A DNA stretch of 64,000 nucleotides from the NCBI RefSeq assembly GCF_036321535.1, contig NC_087436.1:81036001-81100000 (forward strand), read 5' to 3'. Shown piece after piece: positions 12,211-22,897 of the stretch. Source of the DNA: Camelus dromedarius (Eukaryota). The number at the start of each line of letters is the position of its first letter. The first letter of the stretch is position 1. The notes below the pieces were generated by a model. It searched no databases, was not told where the DNA came from, and saw only the letters and a program-made list of their open reading frames with translations. The position numbers were made by a program, and so were the translations under genes.

Positions 12211-13106
12211 TGTCTTTTATTCTTAACCATGTGTCTTTGGCTCTCCCAGAAAACCACCTCCTTTGTTCTTACTGTGGCAGTTGGTTAGTATTTCCTCTAC
12301 GATGGACTCATTTTTTCACTCTGTATAGTGTGTATAACCTTATACTTCTTCACACACAACTTTGAAATTGTCTTCATCATGCAGTTGACTGCAGGACCCC
12401 ACTCACTCCTGAAGTTTGAAGGAAACTCACTGACTAAGCAGAGTTTTTTTGTTTTTTTCCTAAACTTTTTCAGCTGCACTAATTTTTGACCAAAGAAACT
12501 CTTAAGGGGATACTTTGGGAGAAAGGAGGGCAGATACATCTTGAGAAGTTTTCACATATGTAAAACAAATGTCTTCCATTGAGGTTTTTTAAATAGTCCC
12601 TTTAAACTTTAACATGTGTCAGGCTAGTGTTTGCTCGAATAATCCCAGGCCTGCACAAGCAGGCTCCAGTCAGTGCATACCAGACGCAGAGGCCCATTTT
12701 CATGAGAGTTATGTTTTTGTTGGTGGTATTAGTTTGTCTTCAATAATTGCTTCTTGCGTTGTTGGTACAGTGGTGGGCGTAGCTGCCTTCCCCAAATGGC
12801 TTCTTAATATATTACCTCTAGAACTTTCCCATTCTTTAGTTCTTCTTAGGAAAAAAGGGATATTATCACACAGCTGACTAGCTCATTTAAGGAAGACACA
12901 AGGAACTCTGTCCAAGTTTCCTCCAAGAATATTGTTGTCAGTTTTGTGGTTTGCTTCTAGAAATTTGGTATGTGAGTTGATATACATTTTTCACTCCTCC
13001 TCCAGCCTTTTTTTTTTTTTTTAAGGGGCAGGGGTGATTTAAGAGGGAATTGAATAAACAGAGCACCTTATTTTTGTTGTTGTTTGTTTGTTTGTTTGCT
13101 AAATAG

Positions 13107-13126
13107 GAAAGTCTATCAGCTTGATA
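13107..13126 (+). other. ARHGAP24: 5' UTR part of the ARHGAP24 start-codon exon (whole exon 13107-13306); the upstream non-coding exon and main promoter appear to lie outside the window
   Basis: Acceptor (tttg)n-gctaaatAG|GAAAG at 13105-13106, 20 nt before the ATG. No CpG island in the window. Confidence 0.85.
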
Positions 13127-13306
13127 ATGGAGGAGAACAATGACTCCACGGAGAGCCTCCAGCAAGGCCAAGGGCGGAGCAGTGCCACGAAGTGTGGGTG
13201 GCTGAGGAAGCAGGGGGGCTTTGTCAAGACTTGGCATACCCGCTGGTTCGTGCTCAAGGGAGATCAGCTCTATTATTTCAAAGATGAAGATGAAACCAAG
13301 CCCTTG
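13127..13306 (+). CDS. ARHGAP24: First coding exon of Rho GTPase-activating protein 24 (FilGAP), codons 1-60, N-terminal part of the PH domain; partial gene
   Basis: Translates to MEENNDSTESLQQGQGRSSATKCGWLRKQGGFVKTWHTRWFVLKGDQLYYFKDEDETKPL, matching the ARHGAP24 N-terminus as I recall it (paralogues ARHGAP22/25 have different N-termini). ATG at 13127 has strong Kozak context (ataATGG). Phase-0 donor TTG|GTAAGT at 13306/13307. Confidence 0.96.
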
Positions 13307-14304
13307 GTAAGTAGGAGATAATAAAAATCACTGTGGGGCTAAGCAGTCTAAGAAGTAGAGAGGTTTGCTAGAAACTGATGGAGGCTAAGGTCAACCCAAT
13401 CAGTTCATTGGCATCTTTCATGCTTTTTCTCATTGTTTACTTTGGTTCAAGATGATGAATTTGCCAGTTGAGGCCAAGAGGCAAATTATACTTGACGAAT
13501 ATTAACTTTGACTTTTACTAAACTGGAACAGAATGCCTGACTCCTTCAGGGAAATTTCATGAAAAAATATGAATGGACACCTGCTAGAAGATATATATTG
13601 TAGCCATATCATTTTTCCTTTTCTCAGAAGTAAGTTGAAAGCACAGATTTGAAGGAAAACTGTAAATGCAACTTTCCGTAATTTCTGAGATACCTTCAGT
13701 ATCAGTTCTCTGGGGGCTTCCCTCCACCTTAACTCACATAAAGTATGGTTGTGGTGCTAAACCAGGCAACGTTGATAACATCCAACCAGAATATACAGTG
13801 TACTTCTCTGGGAATAGTTTCTGTGCTTCTTTGTGGTTCTTTAGTGATCTTTTATTTGCTTGTTTACTTATCATTTTCTCAGCCACAAATCTCTGGGTTA
13901 CAATTAGAGAGAGGAAAATCTCCATCATTCCCTGTAGCTGCAACGAGCTTTCTTAGCTGTAAGCATTGCTTATCAATTGATAAAAGGAGATGAGGACTGA
14001 GGAATTATCTCTGGGGTTTTCCTTCATCTACATCCATAAAATTGTATGAATAAGAGAAAAAATGTTTTAGATTAGTTTACATAAACATCTCTGCCAGTAT
14101 GTTCTTAAGGTTATTTCCCTTGTATTAAAGTTCAAGAACTTAATTAGGAATTTGGATCAGGGCTTACTTTAGTATTTTAAATTCCTCAGACATTTTAATT
14201 CAGCCAAGTTCTCATTAATTTTATGTAACTGAATTACATAAAAATAACAATGAAATTACATACTACAAACCCCACTCATTTTTTGAAATTGCTTTTTTTT
14301 TAGC

Positions 14305-14470
14305 ATATTTTTACCAGGGCCAAGCATCAGTCTAAGAATTTGTAATATATAGGTTATCTTATGGAATACTTACAATAATCCTATGAGGTAGGGTTATCCT
14401 CATTTATGTGTGAAGCGATCAAGGTTTATATGTAATTCATCTTAGCCAAAGTTAGACAGTGTTGCCATAT
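14305..14470 (-). mobile_element. MIR SINE
   Basis: taccagggccaagca ... tacaataatcctatgaggtagg ... cctcatttta. Confidence 0.7.
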
Positions 14471-16211
14471 TTTGTCTCTAGTTAAGTCCAAGTTCATATG
14501 GCCTTGGCCAAAGATCTCATAAATAAATTAAGAAGACTATCCCATAATGATATCATGACAGTTACAATGCATTTCCATTCCTTTTATTGCAGTCCTCATA
14601 GCAAACCAGTGGGGAACATGGGGGTTATCATTACAGATGAAAAAATGTGGCTGAGTGATAAGAACCAACGTGACCATGATCATATGGGGCGCAGAGGCAA
14701 AGCAGTAGGTCTTTGTTTCTTATCTCATACTCTAGGGTTCTTTTCTCCTTGCATCTTGTTTTGTACTATGTGCTACTCAAAGTAAGGTATTATCTTGAGT
14801 GTAAAATCATTTTTACCAAACCCAGGTTAATGTGAAAAAAAATGCACAACATGGGGGATGGAGTATGGAAACTCTGATATGGGAGAACACATTGAATACC
14901 ATAGGAGATGTATGAATAAGATTCAATGTTTTTGTCCTGTGGACTCTTGTTCTGGGATGGTTTGAGTGGACTGGGTTGTTAACAAGAATAGGTTCAAATT
15001 AAATGATTAATTAGGTCTCATCTGGAACCTAAACAAAGGTTTAGGGGACCAAACAGAGGCTTCAAGAGTGAGTGAATAGAGAATTGAAGGCAGACTAAAC
15101 AAGTGTTCTGATTCTTTGGTGAACTCAGCAAACATTCTAGTAATAAAGATCAAGCTCGCACTCAATGTTTCTAAAATTTGAGAACTTGCAGATATCAGAG
15201 AATATGCACATGAACCCTAGTTTGAGGAACTCTGCCCTATAGTGTTCAAAGAGGGTATTATCATACTGCCTTGGCTATGGTCCTCTGTGGAATTTCTCAG
15301 AAGATCTACGCAGTCACAGATAAGTATTCAGTGCAATGCAGTTATTAGATAAAAAGTTGGAAATATAAAAAAGAAAATGCAAAAAACTTCTGATTAATTC
15401 AAATCAAAATCTGCCCCAAAGTGAAAATTAATTCACAGTATTTCTAACATAAGTAGTATTTTGATATTAGTATGTTACTAGTATTTGTAGACTTATAACT
15501 GAAATTAACAAAATAGAGTTACATTGACAAGAAAATACAAACCAAACATAGACTATCATCATTCCCCCCCAACAGGTTCTTGATTTTCTTCCTACTTATT
15601 ATTTGCTGAAGATTTGCTATTAATAAAACAGTAATAATTTGAGATAAATAACTTTGAATTATTAATCTTTTTTTGGATCATCTTTCATGACAGTACAAGT
15701 ACAAGGAATTTTGACATCGTACTTTTAAATTTTAATCTTTTACACTGATGTTTAGATGTGTGTCCCAGAATCAGATTAAAACCAAGCAATTTCTATATCA
15801 GAGGGCACTTAGTAATTTGAAAGGACAGTTTATTTGCTCATGAATGGATTAATTTCTTACTTTAAAGTGAATTCTTTAAGTGAGCATAGTTGCCTGACAC
15901 ATTGTTAAGTGTTAAAGCACATTTTAGATGAATTTGTGAATGAGTCAATAAAAGATATCTATAGCAAGTGAGGTTGGGCCAGGACTAGGTGCTGTGAGGA
16001 GTATTGACTATTGTCAGATTTATATATCAAAATCATATCCCTGTATCTAAAACAATGAAATTTAAATCACGTTAAATAAATCCTGTAGTGATATATGATA
16101 AAATAACTCTAAAGAATTCAATGAAGAATAATTGAACATCTTGAAAAATGTTAAAACAAGAAAAAATTTAGTTGTTATAAATTGTATTACAACAAAAACT
16201 ATAGTTAAATG

Positions 16212-16213
<2 letters not shown>

Positions 16214-16247
<34 letters not shown>
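16214..16247. repeat. (GT)17 microsatellite
   Basis: Direct count. Confidence 0.97.
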
Positions 16248-16249
<2 letters not shown>

Positions 16250-17212
16250 CAGCCAACAGATATTGTTAAGAGAGTGGCAGATGACAAACTAGAAATCAGA
16301 TTTCCTTGCTCCTGACTCAGTGTCCCTTCAGCTTAGCCTTTTGCCTGCTCACAAATCCTCAACTTTTCTTTAGATTTACTTTCATTCTGAAATACTTCTT
16401 TGTTGTTTACTTTCAAAATTGGCACTTCCAAGGGTAAAGATGCCCTTGACCTTCATATATTTTGATGAGGACTATTTCAATAACACTGGAGGAAACATCT
16501 CTAATGAAATAAAAAAAAAATTCACTCATTTAAGCATTCCTAACCAGCTGAAAATGTCCAATAAACTTAACTTGGATTGTTTTTCCTTTCTCTTTACAGT
16601 ATTTCTAAAAAGAAAGTATTAAAACCTTTGAAATGTATGTCCTTCTTGTCCTAGAAAAAAGGCTCTCTATTTTAGTTAAACTTTCTCTGAGCTTCTCAAC
16701 TCAATAAAGAGAGTCAAACATCATTGTTATCCTTGTTATTTAAAACTGCACATCTGTTGAGGGAAACATAGAAGCAAAATTATAATTGTGATAGGCCTAG
16801 TAAGCACAGAATGCTCAGAAAACACAGATACAATGAGTGCCAAGGAGTGAGTGATGACTGGTTAGAGGAGTTGAGGAGGGCTGTGCAAAACAAGAGGTGA
16901 CCCATACCTGGGATGTTGAAGGTTGGTGAGAGTTTTCCAGGAATGTAAACTGGGGAAAGGAAGTCAGAGCAGAGGAAAGACATGGAGTCATTGGATAGAC
17001 ATCTATAGATAGCTCCTTTTTGTGAGAGTGGCAAAATGCCAAGAAATGGGGCTCGAGAGATAGGTGGGGCCACAAGAAAAATGGGTGTGTATGTTGCCCA
17101 GAGAGACTGGATCCTCTGGTAGGCAATGGGAAGCTCTTCCCGAAACACTTGTGCTACTCAAGATGCAAAACTGCTACGCTGTTAGAAAGAAACCATGGTG
17201 GTTGTTTCCAAA

Positions 17213-17585
17213 TGTCTTAGTCTACCGCGGCTGCCATAATAAAATACCACAGACTGAGGGACTTAAACAACAGAAATTTATTTTCTCAGAGTTCTGAAGC
17301 TAGAATCCAAGATCAAGTTGCTGCCAGGGTTGGTTTCTGGTGAAGCCTCACTTCCTGGCTTGCAGTCAACTGCCTTCCCTCTGTGTCCTCCCATGGCCTT
17401 TGCTTAGAGAGTGAGACAGCCCTGGTGTCTCTTCCTCTTATAAGGACATGAGTCCTGTCACATTAGCCTTACCATTATGACCACATTTAACCTTAATTAT
17501 CTCCTTAAAGGTCCCAAACACAGTCACGTGGGGGGTTGGGGCTTTAATGTGAATTTGGGGTGGGGGCACAATTCAGTTCATAACA
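17213..17585 (-). mobile_element. Complete solo MaLR LTR (MLT1A/A0-like), about 373 bp
   Basis: TG...CA termini (tgtcttagtc...ttcataaca); ggctgccataataaaataccacagactg; ctcttccttataaggaca; catttaaccttaatta. Confidence 0.9.
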
Positions 17586-19424
17586 CTTAATATGTTGAAA
17601 ACCTGTGTCAATATATATAATTTTCTCAGTTAATTTTTTTCCCATTCATACCATCAATTTTCATATCTACAAGAATGGAATATATCTAATTATATGTATC
17701 TAATTATATCTATATATATTTAATTACTTGAACCTAATATTGATGTTTCATGTTCTTATTCAAATTGTACCTTGTCTTCCCAATATTCCACAATCTGCAT
17801 AAGTTTGAGAACTTAAAAAGTCTCCAAACTGCCGCTTTTCTTGTATTTTCTTCTTGAACAAAAGGCAAAAGTGCCTTCAGGTCCTCCTTTCTCCCGGGAC
17901 AGTACCTGATTTGTAAATGAGACTTTCCAGCCTGTAGCCAGGGTTCCCCTGGCAATATATTGGAGGTCTACCTCCAAATATAACTTTTTTATTTAAAACA
18001 CATCAAACTAAAATCTTTAGTATTTTATATTTAAAAAATGAAACTTCAATTTATCTAGGCCAAAACTCTCTCCAGAAACTATTTTCTACAGTGTTTGCAA
18101 TTATATGGATACAGATTTTATTCAAAACAGGTTTTAAAAAAAAAGTTGATTTTCGTTGTTTCTGAAAAAACAGAGACATGACATATGTAGTCAATTTTTG
18201 AACATACTGTAATGCATACATAATTTCTGTTCCTCATAGGCCACTACTATAAATATTTTATAGTATTTTTCAGTTTTTATTTAATATTTTTTCTATTTTT
18301 AATATTTAAAATGAAGTCCTATTTACATATAGAAAAAGTTTAAAAATCATACTGTACAGAAGAATTTATCTTAAAAAAATCTTCCATCCACCCTGCACAG
18401 CCCTTGGACTTTTAAATAGCTATGAAAAAGGGTTTAAAACAGATTTAAACTGAATTTATGACAATATCTGTTGGACCATTTTTCATTAATAATCATGACA
18501 AATGACTGTGGCCTTCATTATAGATACGATAACACGAGAGAAACAGCTGAGTCATATATAATGTGTGGTTATTACAGTTATCCTAACAATAAGGCAGTTA
18601 CATAGATTTTGTTAAATGAATCCAATCATAATTTCCTAGTGTTTTTTTTTTTTTTGGAGCTGTCTGTTTTACTACCCTCCTGCAGTATATTATTACTTAA
18701 ATAATAGCCACATCTCAAGTTTGGCCATAATAGTGAATGTTTCTGACATACCCTGAATACTAGAATTTGACAGTGGAAAGCATCGATTTTCAGAAGCCAG
18801 TCTGGGACTCCTGATAAAATGACTAAAATCCAAACAGGCACTAACCCAATTAATCTAGTCTAGACTTTGTACAACAGATATTGATCCAGTTGTATGGGGA
18901 GGGTTTTTTTCTGGACATGATGAAGATGACACTCTATTAGATCTCTGCAGATTTTCTTAACTTAGGGATTAAAGTGATTTTGAGTGAATTATAACCTGAG
19001 GCCTAACCTCTGAAAGTGCGAGAATTGATTACTGATTTGAGAGTAAGCTCTAATTTTATATATTTAATGAAACCCATGAATTAATGAAATCTAGAAACTT
19101 CTAAGGCAACTGCTGTTCTCTGTTAAAATGTAAGAGCCAGAAGCAGCCAAACCCCGATGATGTGTTTAAAATAATACTAGAAACCTCGAAACTGGATTTC
19201 AGCCTCAAATCTATAACTGACTTTCTATGTAGCATCTAAGTCTCCTGGCATTTAAAAAGACACATAAGAAGGTACTGTGTGTCATCATACGTTTTTAGAA
19301 ACTCTTAGGTCTTTCCTAAAAATTGTATCAAAAGAGAGTGTTATTAATATAAAATATTCTGTTGTTGGTTGAACAATTTTGTTATTGATTACAGAAGTCA
19401 TCTAGCCATGGCATTTATTTATTT

Positions 19425-19680
19425 CATTGCGGTTGAAAACATAGGCTTTTGAGCCATGTTGTTTGAGTTGAATTTGATTCATCCACCACATAATTATGAT
19501 ACATTAGATAGTGAATAATAAGGTGGGTCAAGCTTCAATTTACTAATCTGTATAATGAGATAATAGTAGGACCTATCTCATAACATTGTTAAGAGGTTTA
19601 AATGAGATAATTTATGTAAAGAATCTTAGAAAGCAGCAGCATATAGCAAGCATAAAATAAATGTTAGCTATTTTTATAAT
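19425..19680 (+). mobile_element. MIR SINE, near full length
   Basis: atctgtataatgagataatagtag..acctatctcata...aaatgagataatttatgtaaag...aataaatgttagctat. Confidence 0.85.
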
Positions 19681-19809
19681 ACTAGTTTGACAAAAAGATT
19701 TATTTCTTGAGGATGTTCATACTAGTCTTTCATTCATTTGGGTTTTTTCAACGTATTTATAGGTATCTAATGTGCCTATAGTTATGCTAGACTCCAAGAA
19801 ACATAAAGA

Positions 19810-20236
19810 TGATGTAACTGATGCTATAAAAATAAATGCCCCCTGTTCCTCAAAATGAGGATTTAAAAAGAAGCTTGTTTCTTTCTCAGGTGGAAGTCCA
19901 AAATGATTCTAGGTAAGTGAGGAGGTCTGCTTCAAACAACTGTTTAGGAACTTAAGCTTCTAGTGATTTTGCAGTTTTAACTTTCGTCTTTGCAGTTCAT
20001 CATGGGGCCATTTCCTTCCCAGTCGTCTAGAAGACAGTATAAAATAGAGTACTGCATAGAAGGATGAGATGGACCAGGTGTGGTGGTGGCTCTTTTCACT
20101 TCTCATCCTATTCCAGTAGAGGGAACTGATTCCTATGATCAGACCTAACTGCAAAGGAGGCTGGGTGTGTAAGGCAGCTTTATCCTGGGAGCAAAGGAGA
20201 ACATGGGTATGGAAAAAGGGTTAGCAGTCTCTACAG
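19810..20236 (-). mobile_element. Old MaLR LTR (MLT1J/K-like), apparently interrupting an L2 (19725-19810 and 20240-20670)
   Basis: cacttctcatcctatt...acctaactgcaaaggaggctggg...ttagcagtctctaca; L2-like sequence on both sides. Confidence 0.6.
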
Positions 20237-21184
20237 GTGATCAAATAATACTAAGCATCCATGAAGATAGTGTTACAAGTTCCAGTGGCTGCTATAGGCA
20301 ATTGTAGTTACTGTACAATGTAAAAAGTATTTAAATAAGGAAAATACAGAGAACCATGAAGAAGCCACAGGAGGGGCACCTATAACCACTTCCAAGGTTC
20401 AGGAAGAGTTTTTCAAAAGAATACATTCTTAACCTGAGAATTGTAGGAGAATATAACTTTATTACAAGTTGTTGGAGTGGTATAGGTGGCAGAATCAAAG
20501 GTGGGGGCCATGGTCCTTTGATAGATTGTTGGGGAACTGACAATGGTTAAGGATTTCAGCGCCTAAGAAAGAAGACAAGCAGTGATGAGAGATGAACTTG
20601 GAGAAGTAAGCACAGACAAGTATGGTACAAGTCCAGTAAGCAGTGTTAAGGGTTATAGATTTTATCCTGAGACCTTACATTTCCCCTTGCTTTTGTGTGC
20701 CTATTTATTGGATTGAGAACTAAATAGTGAAAATAGGGCTTATTCTATGTGTCAGTCACTGTAAAGGAATCCAAAATGCTCACCTGTCCAAAAAGGCTGC
20801 CTCTGACAGTCCTGCCACTCTGCCTCGTGTTCCTATCAGCCATTATTTTGCACTATGACATAATCTCTGGAAAAATTGTTGAAAAGCAACTATAGCACGG
20901 ATAAACACTTGGCCTTCTAATGTCCATTATTACCTAACCATGAATTAGGGGCATGCCCGTCAGGTCACTTTTGACTACAGGAGGGAAAACTGAGAAAATC
21001 CATTGCTGCTGGAGAGAATACTTGGGCAGAAGAGCAGCAAGGATGTCTTGGCTGAAGGGATGGATGGCATGGTGGCCAGAGGGATTCCAGTGTGAGAGGA
21101 GATTTCATCATCATAATCTTCTCTAGAATTGACTTTGTCCAATGTGGGCATTTCTCTGGAGAGTGGAGCCCCGTTGTTTTGTAT

Positions 21185-21420
21185 ACAGCTTCTAGGGTCA
21201 GGCTGCCTATGCTCAGTCTAGACGCCATCAGTAGGTACAGGCCTGGAGTAAGCTACTTGTTGTTTACTTGGGTAAGTTACACATCTGGAAAATGTGAGTA
21301 ATAATAATAATACCTATCTCATAAGTAGTTGTTAGCATGCAGGAAATGGTGTTTCTAGAATACCTATACAGTACCTGGCCACATAGTAAGCACTTAGTGA
21401 ATATCGACTGTTGGTGTTAC
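21185..21420 (+). mobile_element. MIR SINE
   Basis: ttgggtaagttac..catctggaaaatg..ataataatacctatctcata..cagtacctggccacatagtaagcactta. Confidence 0.8.
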
Positions 21421-22339
21421 TATCATCATCATCATTATCATCATCGTTTTTAACGTCTTTTACCGTCAGGATACCCTGACACAATAGTTTAGAAGTCAAG
21501 ACCTATAATATATACCTTATTAATTGCATAACAAAGGAAATAATAGATGATCAGCCCCTGTAAGTAATGCTAACATCAGAGCAGAAGATAACTTGTTTTC
21601 ACTTGTGCTGTATGTTGTCAATTCACTGAATTCACATGGAAATATTCTCAAAAAAAAAAAAAAAAAACAATGCTTAGCTTTGTAGTAAGTTTTTTCTCTT
21701 TGTTTAAATTCCTTTTTGGTCTCCTTCAGAGCTTATCAAAATGATTATGATGACAGCCAAGGAGGCTTGAAGGATTTTCTTTGCAAAGCTGGACCACCCC
21801 AGACAGAGGCAGTCTTAGTTTTCTTGTCTCATGCACAGCACTTATTCCTCAACAGCAATTTGGAGAGAGAACTACTGGAGTTAAATCCCTTGAGTTCTGC
21901 TTCCCACATTTACTCATATTGACTGAAGGCTTTTGTATGTAGTGCAATTCAGTAAACTGAACCAGATACCCCATATGCTATCTTGTTAGCATAAAATTAG
22001 GTCTATTTCCATTATCTCAATTAATGGAGAAGAGAATTTAGGGAAATTTTTTTTAATCAATGGTTGAAAATGTAGTTTGAACATTTATATTTTATGAAAT
22101 ATTTGACAGATACTTGCTATTTATTTTCTTTCATGTTTCTTTCGGGCACTCAATCTTTCTGTCCCTTCTTCTTTACTTCCTCCTGCATAAATCCAGATGC
22201 TATCTATTTTCCAGTGCTATTACCATATGTTCATTCATTCAGTGACTGTTTATCTGTTGTAAACTACGTAAATTACAATTTACGAAACGTCTTGATCACT
22301 TTTTTGTGTACAAGGAAGCTACCCTAGATGCATGAATTT

Positions 22340-22690
22340 TTATTCTCACTTTCCGAATTTTGCCTTCTTTCCCTTAGCATAATATTTTCAAGGTTTATCC
22401 ATGTTGTAGCATGTATTAGTACTTTGTTTCCTTTGATGGTTGAATATTTCATTTTATTGATATTTCACTATATATATGTATATATATATATCTCCATTCT
22501 TCAGTTGGTGGACATTTGGATTGTTTCCATTTGGGGGCTTTTATGAATAATGCTGCAGTAAACCTTTGAGTACACGTTTTTGCACAGACATATGTTTTCA
22601 TTTCCCTTGGTTATATACTTAGAAATGGAATTGGTGGGATATACAGTAACTCTGTGTTTAACCTTTTGAGGAAATGTGCCAGCCATTTTT
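22340..22690 (-). mobile_element. Old L1M (L1MB/ME) ORF2-end fragment
   Basis: ttcaaggtttatccatgttgtagcatg...ggacatttggattgtttcca...ttatgaataatgctgc. ORF 22501-22686(-) is L1 ORF2 C-terminus-like. Confidence 0.85.
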
Positions 22691-22856
22691 AATTATTAAA
22701 TTCCAATCTAACTTAAAACTCAAGCCTCACACTTGGTTAAAATCTCATTTATGTCCCTCCACACCCCATCTTGATACTTTCCAATCTTGACAGGGTACTT
22801 CACGCAGGGAGGGAGCACAGGTGCTCTTTTTCTCCCCCTCTGTCTCCTCAGCACTC

Positions 22857-22857
22857 T

Positions 22858-22890
<33 letters not shown>

Positions 22891-22897
22891 TGCGTGT
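22857..22897. repeat. (TG)11(CG)4CACGTGCGTGT alternating purine-pyrimidine tract
   Basis: 41 nt of uninterrupted alternation. Confidence 0.95.

Noticed and set aside
13121..13321. ORF-track 66-aa protein starting at 13121 and ending ...PLVSRR
   Set aside because: 13121 is TTG; the real ATG is 13127, and VSRR is read-through past the splice donor.
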